DNA of 59,836 nt from positions 1-59,836 of IMG/VR virus record IMGVR_UViG_3300026184_000061; one strand, 5' to 3'. The translations under genes were made by a program, and so were the position numbers. Each line of letters starts with the position of its first letter. Positions within the stretch are counted from its first letter, which is position 1. Positions 18,301 through 27,450 of this stretch are shown piece after piece. The notes below the pieces were generated by a model that worked only from the letters and a program-made list of their open reading frames with translations, searched no databases and was not told the DNA's origin. The stretch comes from a virus (lineage: Duplodnaviria; Caudoviricetes).

Positions 18301-19629
18301 ATGCCAGGTTCAAATGATTTTTTGACATTCGCGGGTTCTGGCGCGGCCAATGTAATTACGCAGGCCGCTTATGAAGCACTTACCGCACAGCAAAACGGCT
18401 TCTTGTCGGGTATCGCCAATTCCGATGAGTTCAACAAAGTGTGGCGTCAGTCGTCTATCATCGCTGCTTCTGTTGCTCAGGCCATCGCCGATATCACGGG
18501 CCAGAACGTTGTGGATGACGGAACGACAGCGACGATCATCGCCAACTTCAAGGCGATGTTGGCGGGCGGTGTTGTCACGACGCTGACAGCCACAGGCTCT
18601 ATCACGGAAGCCGAAGCGGGCATGGTGCTGATTGACGCGTCTTCGGCGAGCGTCGTCGGCACGCTTCCCGCCGCGAGTGCGCTGCCCGCGATGAAGATGT
18701 GGATTTACCGCATCGACACGACTGTTGGTAATTCTGCGACGATTCAGCGGGCTGGGTCCGATACGATTGACGGAGCGACGAGCTTGGAAGTGGATTCCAG
18801 CGGACCCATTTTGCTTGTGTCTGACGGCGTATCAGAATGGTACAACATGACGCCGCGCCTTGGCCATCAGATTCAACCGATTGATGTTGTGATGGCTTCC
18901 AACGCGGTGACGGTGACGCTTAACCCCACCACGTTGGAATTCCGCAGCGTCACGCTCGGCTCGGGTGTGATTGACAAGCTCAGTGCTACTTCGCCGGTCA
19001 GCATGAATATCTCAGCTGGTTCGACGTTGGGGACCATTTCAGGACAAAGCCAGCGAATCATCGTGCTGGCTTTGAATGTCAACGGCGTCATCAAGCCTGC
19101 TGTGGTCAACGAAAACTGTGGCATCAATCTGGATGAAACCGGCCTGATCAGCACCACAGCCGAGGGTGGCGCTGGCGCGGCGGACAGCGCGACTGTCGTA
19201 TACTCCGATGCTGCCTATAGCAACGTTCCGTATAGAGTTGTGGGCTTCTTCGATTCTACTCAGGTGACCGCAGGAACCTGGGCAGCCTCAGCCACGACGG
19301 TTCAAGGCTTCGGCGGCCAGGCGCTCGGCGCGATGGCGAGCATTGGTTACGGGCAGACAGCGCAGGGGGTAGGTCGATCAATAAATACGACTTATTACAA
19401 CACGACTGGTAAGCCGATCATGGTGATGATCAAGGCGGGTTCCAACGGCGGCAACGGGTATATTCTACCAACAATCAACGGCGTGCAGTGCATCTGTGGA
19501 ATGTATAACAACTCGAACGCAACTGTGGCGGGCGGCGGCACTTTCATAGTTCCTGCTGGCGCCTCGTATAGCGTAACGCTTAGTGGAGGAACATCGCCAT
19601 CCATCACCGCTTGGTACGAAATTCGATAA
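18301..19629 (+). CDS. Tail fibre protein
   Basis: NDFLTFA...GFLSGIANSDEFNKVWRQSS N-terminus; C-terminal GYGQT...YYNTTGKPI...FIVPAGASY receptor-binding-type domain. Confidence 0.85.
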   Translation: MPGSNDFLTFAGSGAANVITQAAYEALTAQQNGFLSGIANSDEFNKVWRQSSIIAASVAQAIADITGQNVVDDGTTATIIANFKAMLAGGVVTTLTATGSITEAEAGMVLIDASSASVVGTLPAASALPAMKMWIYRIDTTVGNSATIQRAGSDTIDGATSLEVDSSGPILLVSDGVSEWYNMTPRLGHQIQPIDVVMASNAVTVTLNPTTLEFRSVTLGSGVIDKLSATSPVSMNISAGSTLGTISGQSQRIIVLALNVNGVIKPAVVNENCGINLDETGLISTTAEGGAGAADSATVVYSDAAYSNVPYRVVGFFDSTQVTAGTWAASATTVQGFGGQALGAMASIGYGQTAQGVGRSINTTYYNTTGKPIMVMIKAGSNGGNGYILPTINGVQCICGMYNNSNATVAGGGTFIVPAGASYSVTLSGGTSPSITAWYEIR

Positions 19630-19641
19630 GGAGAATTTGCA

Positions 19642-20172
19642 ATGACTTTTCAAGATCAACATTACGTCGATACGAATGGAGACCTACATTTCCTCTCCGC
19701 CGAAGACCAAGCCAATGCCGCAGCTCAGGGTTTGCCGCTTCCCGATCCTTCGTGGACTCCTGTCCCGCCACCGCCCGGCGACGGCTATGTGTGGAACAGC
19801 ACCAGCAACGCTTGGGAGCTACCCCTCGCAACGGCGAAGGGGCAGCAAAAAGGGCTTATCAAAGCCGCGTTCGAAAACGCCGTGGCGCAGGGGTTTGCCT
19901 GCCCTTCCACCGGCATCAAGATGGATTGTGATAGGTTGGGCATATTGCAATTCGATGGTGGTGTGCGCTATGAGCAAAAGACGGGCGGTACGTCCCTGGA
20001 TATTCGTGATTTCAACAACGTTACGCATACGGCCGTTGCTATCGCGGACGCCGACACGATGGTCGCTGAACTCACCGCGCACTATCAATCGCTGCTCGGC
20101 AAGAAATGGTCCCTGGAAGCGCAGATCGACGCCGCTACCACCGTCGCGGATGTGCAGGCGCTAGTCTGGTGA
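19642..20172 (+). CDS. Tail fibre assembly / chaperone protein (DUF4376-like)
   Basis: PPPPGDGYVWN, IRDFNN and IDAATTVADVQALVW. Confidence 0.7.
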   Translation: MTFQDQHYVDTNGDLHFLSAEDQANAAAQGLPLPDPSWTPVPPPPGDGYVWNSTSNAWELPLATAKGQQKGLIKAAFENAVAQGFACPSTGIKMDCDRLGILQFDGGVRYEQKTGGTSLDIRDFNNVTHTAVAIADADTMVAELTAHYQSLLGKKWSLEAQIDAATTVADVQALVW

Positions 20173-20459
20173 GGTGGTATAAGAGCAAGTGGGGTCGATG
20201 GCTTGTGGGTGACGCCGTGGCGCTTGATGAGCTCGGTAATGTGGTCGTCTTGCAGGGCAACCCACACGAGACCATCAGCGCCCACTGCGGGGCTCAGATC
20301 AAGAGCGGCGACCCGTGCCTGTTCTGCTCGGCCGTGTGCTGGTTCATCCAGCGCATCCTGGGCCGCGTCTGGCCATCACTGCGTACTCACTGCCAGGATT
20401 GCTGGAAGGCTGAAAAGCTGTTGGTCAAAGATTCGGCTAATTTGCCAGGAGTTGAATGA
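20169..20459 (+). CDS. Hypothetical protein
   Basis: GTGA overlap; ALDELGN...GNPHETISAHCG...HC pattern seen after phage tail genes. Confidence 0.6.
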   Translation: MRWYKSKWGRWLVGDAVALDELGNVVVLQGNPHETISAHCGAQIKSGDPCLFCSAVCWFIQRILGRVWPSLRTHCQDCWKAEKLLVKDSANLPGVE

Positions 20460-20623
20460 TGTGGCTTTCATTGCTCAGCGTTCTCCTATTCTTCACGATG
20501 CCTGCATTGTTTCTCTGGGATTTAGTGCATGATAGCGTGGGTACAGTGCAGCCGTATTTTTCCGCCTGGGTTGCGTGTTTGGCAGTGCTCGCGTTGATGC
20601 ACGGCTGGGCCTTTTCTTCTTAA
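20456..20623 (+). CDS. 55-aa two-TM membrane protein (holin/antiholin candidate; not in the ORF track)
   Basis: AGGAG RBS and ATGA overlap; MMWLSLLSVLLFFTMPALFLW...AWVACLAVLALMHGWAFSS. Confidence 0.55.
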   Translation: MMWLSLLSVLLFFTMPALFLWDLVHDSVGTVQPYFSAWVACLAVLALMHGWAFSS

Positions 20624-20643
20624 TTTCTAAAAGGTTGCGGGTA

Positions 20644-21063
20644 ATGAGCGAACAGTTAGAAAGGAAGGTTGACGAACATGAAAAGCGTTTGGGGGCGCAC
20701 CAAGAAATCATTGATCATCTGATGGAACGCCAACAGAAGCTAGAAGAGTGGAAGGAAAAAAGTCGCGCTATTACAGACCACATAAAAGAGCGGCATAAAG
20801 ACTTTGAAGAACGACTGCGGAAAGCGCATTCTACTATAGAACGTGTTGACTTGACGCAGGAGTATATCAGAGACCAACTTAACAATATGCCCAACAGCGG
20901 AGATATTCTAGAGCTGAAAGGTCTTGTCATAGAAGCTAAAGGAGAGGCAAGGGAAAGTGTGCCGAAAAGTATCGCCGCTGTTTGGGCGTTCCTTACCGGG
21001 CTCACTGGACTAGGTGTACTGGCTTTAGCGATCTTTGAATTCTACCTCAGGTATCATGGGTGA
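20644..21063 (+). CDS. Coiled-coil protein with C-terminal TM helix
   Basis: Heptad-like charged region followed by AVWAFLTGLTGLGVLALAIF. Confidence 0.7.
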   Translation: MSEQLERKVDEHEKRLGAHQEIIDHLMERQQKLEEWKEKSRAITDHIKERHKDFEERLRKAHSTIERVDLTQEYIRDQLNNMPNSGDILELKGLVIEAKGEARESVPKSIAAVWAFLTGLTGLGVLALAIFEFYLRYHG

Positions 21064-21602
21064 ACGAGGAGAGTTTGATGTTGAAATGGTATCGTGCCGT
21101 TGTCGAACGGATAGCTGAAAAAACGACGATGACGATCGGCACGGCTGAGTACGTTTCTTTGAGCGTGCTTATGTTTACAGGTTGGATTATCTGGAACACG
21201 TCTACGTCTACCTTTGCTTTTAGGTTTGACAATTATCCGTTCCTTATACTCAATCTGGTGCTATCTGCACAGGCGATGATTACAGCTCCTCTCATCATGA
21301 TTGCTCAGAACAAGGCTGCTGAGCGGGAGCGTATCTTAGAAGAAAGGCAAAAAGAAATGGATGACGCCTTTAAGGCGTTCCTGTCAGAATCAATGAAGAA
21401 CCAAGAATCGTTGCTGGCAGGCGTGGACATTGCGATGCAGGGAGTACAGCACAGTTTAGAAGCGGTGGAAGGCGTACTGTCAAAGGATATCCGTTTGGAA
21501 GATGTTAAGGATACGCTGGAAGAAGTTCGTAGGATGCTTTCGCGGGATAAGCGGAACGAAAAGGGGAGGGATCCCCGCCCTAATTGCGGAGATCGTGAAT
21601 GA
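21060..21602 (+). CDS. DUF1003-family membrane protein
   Basis: WIIWN...FDNYPFLILNLVLSAQAMITAPLIMIAQNK. Confidence 0.8.
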   Translation: MNEESLMLKWYRAVVERIAEKTTMTIGTAEYVSLSVLMFTGWIIWNTSTSTFAFRFDNYPFLILNLVLSAQAMITAPLIMIAQNKAAERERILEERQKEMDDAFKAFLSESMKNQESLLAGVDIAMQGVQHSLEAVEGVLSKDIRLEDVKDTLEEVRRMLSRDKRNEKGRDPRPNCGDRE

Positions 21603-22195
21603 AGGCTAATCTAGGCAAGTCTATTCGCCGTATCGGCGCCGCGCTTGGACGCCTTGTACCGAAACACGAGCATCGTGTTCGTGAAACGCTGCACGTAGAC
21701 ATCTACTACCCTGACCATGAAGAAAGATCAGAATCATCAGTGTTTCGCGATACTAAGGAAGCAGGTCATACACAGGGGTTGCGTTGTGCGTTTTCAGGGC
21801 AGCCTTCTCCAGAGTATCATCACCTGTTTATCGAATGGGCCGATACGAACGCTGTGGATTGGGAATTGGTGAAGCAGATCGGCACCGGAGAAGTGAAGCG
21901 ACTGCCAGTCTTGCATCCCAAGACTGACCAGCCTACGACGGAAACTTACCCTGCGGAACATTCCTGGGTTTGGCTGGTCTGTAAAATTGCCGAACTGCGC
22001 GGTTTCGATTGGAAGTCATTCGATCCGAACCAGCCGGAGCAATTCGTCGATTCTATGGCCAACATGCTGCCGTTGTCGGAAAAGTTTCACAGGCATAAAT
22101 ATTTCGGCATTCACATGATTCCCTTCCCCATGTTGGCAGTCATGGGATTGCCGCGTGTTCCCGGTTTTGTTTTCTCAACGAAGGAGGAGGGTTGA
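21599..22195 (+). CDS. Hypothetical protein, possibly HNH-like
   Basis: EYHH...N.LPLSEKFHR...GIH His pattern. Confidence 0.55.
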   Translation: MKANLGKSIRRIGAALGRLVPKHEHRVRETLHVDIYYPDHEERSESSVFRDTKEAGHTQGLRCAFSGQPSPEYHHLFIEWADTNAVDWELVKQIGTGEVKRLPVLHPKTDQPTTETYPAEHSWVWLVCKIAELRGFDWKSFDPNQPEQFVDSMANMLPLSEKFHRHKYFGIHMIPFPMLAVMGLPRVPGFVFSTKEEG

Positions 22196-22205
22196 AGAAG
22201 TGACG

Positions 22206-22424
22206 ATGGGTGATGTGTTTGCGGTTTCACAGGTAACGAAAGCCGTATGGGCCGTGGTCGGGATGCTGTTAATTTTCGGCGTCCTTCGTCTACGGGATTA
22301 TTACTTGAAACTCAACTTGGAGAAAGTGATCGATGGTATCGAAAAAGATCCTTTGGCCTCTGCTGTGTATCTTGGCGTTACTTTTTTCGGCGCCTGCTAC
22401 CTCGTGGGCCAGCTCCTTTCCTGA
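22206..22424 (+). CDS. Holin candidate
   Basis: Two TM segments; overlaps the endolysin start. Confidence 0.65.
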   Translation: MGDVFAVSQVTKAVWAVVGMLLIFGVLRLRDYYLKLNLEKVIDGIEKDPLASAVYLGVTFFGACYLVGQLLS

Positions 22425-22908
22425 CAAGTACGATCATGCCATTCAGCGGGCCGCGTCCACGTGGCTGCCCGGTTGGGACTGGATGCTGTGGAAAGCTCAG
22501 CTCTATCAGGAAAGCCAACTCAATCCGAACGCCAAAAGTGGTGTCGGTGCGGCCGGGCTGGCGCAGTTTATGCCGGGCACTTGGCGACAGATAACCAAGG
22601 CAATGAACCTTGGCGATGTTTCCAGATACGAAGCTGTCCCGAGCATCGAAGCCGGAGCCTATTATATGGGAAAGCTCAGGTTGCAGTGGTCAGCGCCTCG
22701 CCCGATGATGGACAGACACGACTTGGCGGCTGCTTCCTACAACGCTGGACTCGGATCATTGCTAAAAGCTCAACGACGGTGCGGGGGTCCGTCTGCTTAT
22801 AAGGACATTGTTTCTTGCCTGCCATGCATCACAGGTAAGCAGAACGCTGCTCAGACCACGACTTACGTTGACAGAATCCACCGTTGGTGGGGGATGATGA
22901 GACTATGA
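22333..22908 (+). CDS. Endolysin, SLT lytic transglycosylase with N-terminal signal/SAR helix
   Basis: QES catalytic Glu; GAAGLAQFMPGTW and AASYNAG motifs. Confidence 0.9.
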   Translation: MVSKKILWPLLCILALLFSAPATSWASSFPDKYDHAIQRAASTWLPGWDWMLWKAQLYQESQLNPNAKSGVGAAGLAQFMPGTWRQITKAMNLGDVSRYEAVPSIEAGAYYMGKLRLQWSAPRPMMDRHDLAAASYNAGLGSLLKAQRRCGGPSAYKDIVSCLPCITGKQNAAQTTTYVDRIHRWWGMMRL

Positions 22909-23381
22909 GTCGCGCGACCGAGCTGCTTGTCCTCTTCGTCGTAGCGCTCGGCTTGTTCGTAGGTGGCGTCGCTGTAGGTTGGAAAATCTGCAGCGACGCC
23001 AACATGGCGAAACTGTTTCTCGCTAAGCAAGCGCTCCTGGACTATAAGGCGAAGGCTGCTTCTCATAAGGACAAGGTCATCACCAAGTACGTAGACCGCG
23101 TGCATGTCATTCACGAGCAAGGACGCACCATAACTAAGAAGGTCAAAGTCTATGTTCCGTATCCTGTTGATCGCGTTGTGCCTTTCGGCTTTGTCCGCGT
23201 GCTCAATGCTGCCGCGCGTGGAGAGCAACTGCCCGAAACCGCCGGATCTGCTGATGCGAAGCCCTCCGGCGTTCAGCTCTCTACCGTTGCCTCCAACGTC
23301 GCCGGAAACTACACAACCTGCCGCGCCGTCCGACAGCAGCTCATCTCGCTGCAAGACTGGGTCAAAGGAGTGTCGCAATGA
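22905..23381 (+). CDS. Inner-membrane spanin (Rz-like)
   Basis: N-terminal TM; VITKYVDRV and GFVRVLNAAA; contains an embedded lipoprotein gene. Confidence 0.8.
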   Translation: MSRATELLVLFVVALGLFVGGVAVGWKICSDANMAKLFLAKQALLDYKAKAASHKDKVITKYVDRVHVIHEQGRTITKKVKVYVPYPVDRVVPFGFVRVLNAAARGEQLPETAGSADAKPSGVQLSTVASNVAGNYTTCRAVRQQLISLQDWVKGVSQ

Positions 23382-23394
23382 AGCTAGGCCATAA
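23152..23394 (+). CDS. Outer-membrane spanin lipoprotein (Rz1-like)
   Basis: Lipobox LSAC; Pro-rich; overlaps Rz in another frame. Confidence 0.75.
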   Translation: MFRILLIALCLSALSACSMLPRVESNCPKPPDLLMRSPPAFSSLPLPPTSPETTQPAAPSDSSSSRCKTGSKECRNEARP

Positions 23395-23761
23395 GCTACG
23401 CTCCATTGAAGGCGGAGGTGTCATGTTCTTTTGTCCAGGCTGTAAGACGCATCACAGCATCTGGGTGACGGAGCCGCCTGACGGAAAGCCGCGTCCGATT
23501 TGGGGATACAACAATAACCCCGATGCGCCGACATTCGAACCGTCTGTGCTCGTTCGTTCCGGCCATTATGCTCCGAGCCACAAGCCACACGAGAATTGCT
23601 GGTGCACCTTCAACGAAGAGCGTGTGAGAAAAGGTGAAGAGCCGACGAAATACAAATGCGGAATCTGCCACTCCTTTGTACGAAACGGGCGAATCCAATT
23701 TCTGAACGACTCAACTCATGAGCTCGCCGGCCAGACCGTAGACCTGCCCGACGTCGACTAA
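23378..23761 (+). CDS. Zn-binding DUF6527-like protein
   Basis: FFCPGC...H, PTFEPS, CHSFVRNGRIQFLND and HELAGQTV. Confidence 0.75.
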   Translation: MKLGHKLRSIEGGGVMFFCPGCKTHHSIWVTEPPDGKPRPIWGYNNNPDAPTFEPSVLVRSGHYAPSHKPHENCWCTFNEERVRKGEEPTKYKCGICHSFVRNGRIQFLNDSTHELAGQTVDLPDVD

Positions 23762-23773
23762 TTCGCAGGCAGT

Positions 23774-23812
23774 AAAAAGCCCCCTCCGCCGCGAAGGCGA
23801 AGGGGGCTTAGT
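23774..23812. terminator. Intrinsic terminator at the convergence of the two halves
   Basis: AAAAAGCCCCCT...AGGGGGCTT stem; T-run on the - strand. Confidence 0.75.
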
Positions 23813-24170
23813 TAGGTGCGTCTACTTTTCCGTTATTTAATACGATGCGCGTACCGTCCTCCAGCCAGTACAAGCCCCCGCACTAAATACCCACTAAATT
23901 AGTAGGGTATTGGCCTTTATTGGTCAAAAACTGAGCAGTTTGAGGCGTCCTAGGGGTCCGTATGGAGCCCTGTTGCGGGCTTGCAGCGGGTAGCCTAGCG
24001 GCTAGGCCCCAAACCCGCCTAGCACGGACTGTACGGCAGCCTGAGGGCGTATATGCGGCGCACGGCAGCCGCACGGCGCGTACAGGCCCTAAACGGGGCC
24101 GCTAGGGCCTGGGCGGGCAGGCCGCGCCGGGCCGCGCACCGGACACCACAGTGACCACAGCACCGCACGC

Positions 24171-24222
24171 AAAAAAGCCCCGCCGCACCGGGCCCAAGTA
24201 GGGCCAAGCGCGGCGGGGCTTG
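24171..24222 (-). terminator. Long-loop intrinsic terminator ending the - strand operon
   Basis: AAGCCCCGCCGC / GCGGCGGGGCTT stem followed by U6 on the - strand. Confidence 0.7.
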
Positions 24223-24232
24223 GGTGCATAGG

Positions 24233-24568
24233 CTAGTCGTACTTCAGTACTCCGTCCCTGTAGTCGGAAAGGATCCGACAGATACGTTGCAGCTTTTCGT
24301 GAATTTCTTCTTGCTGAGGATGCTTCTCCATGCCGGGAACATAGTCGTATTCCGTTACCGTCATCAGGCTTAGCCCATCCACAGTTAATGTACTGCAGTC
24401 TGTGTGGTCGTTCAGCAGAGAAAGGTCTATCTCAGCAAAAGGTTGGGGTAAGCTCGGAGGTTTCAGCGGATCGTGGCACTTGCCGACGACAGCCCTCGTT
24501 TCTTCGTTATAGACTATACCGTATCCGCCGCAGTCACATGGACCTATTACTGCACAGGTGTCGTTCAT
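24233..24568 (-). CDS. Hypothetical protein
   Basis: Overlap-coupled to the DUF3310 gene. Confidence 0.6.
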   Translation of the reverse strand: MNDTCAVIGPCDCGGYGIVYNEETRAVVGKCHDPLKPPSLPQPFAEIDLSLLNDHTDCSTLTVDGLSLMTVTEYDYVPGMEKHPQQEEIHEKLQRICRILSDYRDGVLKYD

Positions 24569-25071
24569 GCTGAGGGCCCCCGCTGGTCTAGATCAGGGTC
24601 TATATACGAAAGCTCAGGTTCTTCGACCGGTTCGTGCAGTACCCGATATGCCACAATGTCCCAGTCGAGATCGTGATGTGCCCAATCCAACCATCGAGAA
24701 GGTCTGTTGGATTTTGATATTGTTCCGTCACGAAACTTGACCTCTACTACGGTGTCGTCCGGTACCGGGGCACGGGAGTCACCCGTCCATGGGGTCCAGT
24801 TCATCGCCCGTGCGACACCCGGAATTTCTTGCTCTCCCTTGGGTTTAGCCACATCTTCCTTCATCTTGGCTTCTTCTACCTCGATGTACTTGTCCAGGAA
24901 GTGCTTGGCTTTGTAAAGATCCTGCAGACCATTCTTGTCCTTCCACCGGCTGACGTACTTGGTGATCTGACCTTGGAAGTAATCAAGGTCATTAGCCGCC
25001 ACGAAGTCCCAATGCTGAATCTTCTGCTTCTTGTAGTGATCGCCGCCAACCTGAGTTTCGTTTGCACCCAT
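24565..25071 (-). CDS. DUF3310 protein (T7 gp1.7-like nucleotide kinase family)
   Basis: QVGGDHYK...FQGQITKYVSRWKDKNGLQDLYKAKHFL. Confidence 0.8.
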   Translation of the reverse strand: MGANETQVGGDHYKKQKIQHWDFVAANDLDYFQGQITKYVSRWKDKNGLQDLYKAKHFLDKYIEVEEAKMKEDVAKPKGEQEIPGVARAMNWTPWTGDSRAPVPDDTVVEVKFRDGTISKSNRPSRWLDWAHHDLDWDIVAYRVLHEPVEEPELSYIDPDLDQRGPSA

Positions 25072-25721
25072 CAGAAATATTCTCCCGGCAATTCGTGAGA
25101 AGGGGTCGACATTTCGACCAGAATCTCGTTTACGGTATAATTGATGTAGTGAAGCATTGCAATGGCCCTCGGAGAAAGCTCGCCCAACTTAGCGGTCATG
25201 GCTCCCAAGCAGTTATTGAACATAGGCCGTACGAACTGATTGCCTAGCATGAGCTGATCGCGACAGAAAAGCATCAGATCAAACGTGTCCGCCCACTTCA
25301 GGATTTGCTGCTCTTCTGGCGTCAAATCATCATAGACCTTGATGCCGTGCCTGTCTAAGAAGGCATCTTCCTCCGCATCAATAGCTTTGCGAATATCTTC
25401 AGACGCCCATTTGATAGTTGCAGGAGCATCTCCTGTATGTTGCTCAGCTATGTCGTGAAGCAGGCAGGCTCGAAGCAGATTGGCACTTGCCTTCCCCTCC
25501 GTCAGCCAAAGAGCCATGACTGCGACGCCGTGACTGTGTTCTGCATTGGTGTGAGTCCCAACGATGTGAGGGACAACATGAGCTCGGCGAACATTCCCAC
25601 CGAACCTGACAACATTGATCCATTCTGGCTTATCCAATTTTCTTTTCTCCTGGGGTTGTAGTCTACGATGAAGCGCGGAAGCCATTTCCAATGCCGCCGC
25701 CTGGGGGGTTTTGTCTGTCAT
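25071..25721 (-). CDS. HD-domain deoxynucleotide phosphohydrolase (YfbR/DatZ-like)
   Basis: R..H...NAEHS, LLHDIAEQHTGD and KWAD motifs. Confidence 0.85.
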   Translation of the reverse strand: MTDKTPQAAALEMASALHRRLQPQEKRKLDKPEWINVVRFGGNVRRAHVVPHIVGTHTNAEHSHGVAVMALWLTEGKASANLLRACLLHDIAEQHTGDAPATIKWASEDIRKAIDAEEDAFLDRHGIKVYDDLTPEEQQILKWADTFDLMLFCRDQLMLGNQFVRPMFNNCLGAMTAKLGELSPRAIAMLHYINYTVNEILVEMSTPSHELPGEYF

Positions 25722-26233
25722 TCGGCCTCCAACCCGCGAAGAGTTTCTTCTCTGCAGGCGAACATGCTGTAACCCTGCGACCGAGACAACATGGCTAACT
25801 GAATCATCATGAGACCGATATCATCAAAGATCGGTGTATCAGGTTTGCTCTGGATAGGGCGATTTGTAACCGCGAGCTGTACAATATGCAACGCATCTTC
25901 CGTGTCGCCGCCTAAGTCAGCGAATAGAACTAACGCCGCTTCTAAAAGATTAGCTCGCCTAACTTCAGTATCGTATAGTTCGCTGGGGTTGCTGTAATCC
26001 CTCAAAAGCAGTTCGTTCACCCGATCTTGGAATGTGTTGCCGTAGATACCCTTCCGACGAATCACTACCTCCATGGGGAAGCTTTCCTGCCCGTTCAAGC
26101 CGTGCTTGAGGATATGAACCTGTTCGTCGTCGAAGATTTGGCGTACAGCATCTACCTGCTCCGGCTCCGTGATTTCTTGGACGATCTGCCCTTTTTGGGC
26201 GAGCTTTTCTTCCCAGGTTTCTTCGGCTGACAT
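25718..26233 (-). CDS. Degenerate MazG-like protein
   Basis: RRANLLEAALVL...RP...DDIGLMMIQLAML resembles phage MazG-like helices; acidic residues partly lost. Confidence 0.45.
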   Translation of the reverse strand: MSAEETWEEKLAQKGQIVQEITEPEQVDAVRQIFDDEQVHILKHGLNGQESFPMEVVIRRKGIYGNTFQDRVNELLLRDYSNPSELYDTEVRRANLLEAALVLFADLGGDTEDALHIVQLAVTNRPIQSKPDTPIFDDIGLMMIQLAMLSRSQGYSMFACREETLRGLEAE

Positions 26234-26496
26234 GACGTTGTCCTCTTCGTTTTGGTTGATTTCTTGGCTCTCACTTTCTTGCTAACTGCTTCCAGCATTT
26301 CTTCCAGCTTCATACAGGTGGCGCAGTCGCAGTCCTTTGCGTGCACCATGCGCATTCCACGCAGATAGCTTTTTTGCCGTTCTACGATCATAGACGGCAA
26401 TTTCTTTTGAGCTACTTTGATAACGTCCTGCTTCTTACCTGAGATGTTTACCTCCCGTGACCTGGGTGTCGCGGTTGTACTGGCCTTTCGCGGCAT
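26152..26496 (-). CDS. Small basic protein (H..DCDCATC motif)
   Basis: AGGAGG RBS before ATG 26496; Lys/Ser/Arg tail overlaps the next gene. Confidence 0.55.
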   Translation of the reverse strand: MPRKASTTATPRSREVNISGKKQDVIKVAQKKLPSMIVERQKSYLRGMRMVHAKDCDCATCMKLEEMLEAVSKKVRAKKSTKTKRTTSCQPKKPGKKSSPKKGRSSKKSRSRSR

Positions 26497-26992
26497 AGGA
26501 CGCCTCCTGAGGAACAAGTTCATGTTCAAAGAACACCATCTGACCGATCTTCATGCCAAGCTCAATGATCAGATGATGGTGCGTGACGTTCTTGAATTCC
26601 ATGGTCAGCACCGAGCCATGCCACCCCGCATCGCACCACCCCGCCAGCATGTGCTGAAGACCGTTGCGGGCCAGCGTAGACTTCAGCTTATACTCAGCGC
26701 TGATGTATCGCGGCAGGTGGAAGACCTGCTCTGTCTGCGCCAAAATGAAGTCGCCCGGCGCTAAGATGTACTGACTTGCTTCTTCCGTCAGGACACAGGG
26801 TTTCAGCTTGATAGATTCCTTTGCGGCCAAGTTCACCATTCTCTCGTGGTATGCCTCAGGCTGTACTTCGGCTAGTATATGCTTACCTAGCGTTAAGTCA
26901 ATCGATGCCGAATTAACGTGTTCCGGCCTGGAATTTTCAATGACGCCTTCCTTGATGAGAAGAAGCAGTTGGTTATGGCTGAGTAACGACAT
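26435..26992 (-). CDS. dcd: dCTP deaminase
   Basis: NSASIDLTLG, LKSTLARNGL, AGWCDAGWHG.LTME, IGQMVF and YAAKGQY. Confidence 0.9.
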   Translation of the reverse strand: MSLLSHNQLLLLIKEGVIENSRPEHVNSASIDLTLGKHILAEVQPEAYHERMVNLAAKESIKLKPCVLTEEASQYILAPGDFILAQTEQVFHLPRYISAEYKLKSTLARNGLQHMLAGWCDAGWHGSVLTMEFKNVTHHHLIIELGMKIGQMVFFEHELVPQEASYAAKGQYNRDTQVTGGKHLR

Positions 26993-27225
26993 GTATTATT
27001 TCTCCTGCGGATTGATTCGGTGTGTACCGCACCACCAGCACAGCTTTAAGAAAGTGGTGAAGTAGAACGGCGGTCTACCGTCCATGCTTTCCACGTAAAG
27101 CGGGGACCTTAATGGCCGCATCTCTTCTTCGAGCCCCCATACTCTTCGTAACCGTCCTTATCAGAACCACTGTAAAGCCATCCTTGGGATGGCGGCACTT
27201 CATCTGTAATTGTTTCTGGCATAAG

Positions 27226-27450
27226 CTAATCCTTGACTCGGCCGCAAAGTTTATAGAGAAACTTGAATCCTATGTTCTCCGGATATTTATCCAGACCGCA
27301 CTTCTCGCAACACCACGCATCACCCATGCCCCCACCGCCGGTTTTGAATCGATGCCAACAGAACCCTTGATTATGCCCGAACCAGAAAATTACAGCGGAC
27401 ACCAACATTAGTGCCCACCACGCGAGCCAGTACATATACGGATTAGGCAT
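27226..27450 (-). CDS. Small membrane protein with CxxC
   Basis: N-terminal TM; overlap-coupled. Confidence 0.5.
   Translation of the reverse strand: MPNPYMYWLAWWALMLVSAVIFWFGHNQGFCWHRFKTGGGGMGDAWCCEKCGLDKYPENIGFKFLYKLCGRVKD

Noticed and set aside
18301-19629. Diversity-generating retroelement or invertible tail-fibre cassette
   Set aside because: No reverse transcriptase, invertase or duplicated fibre segment was seen
25071-25721. Z-genome (DatZ) pathway
   Set aside because: The HD hydrolase resembles DatZ/YfbR, but I see no PurZ-like gene anywhere in the genome
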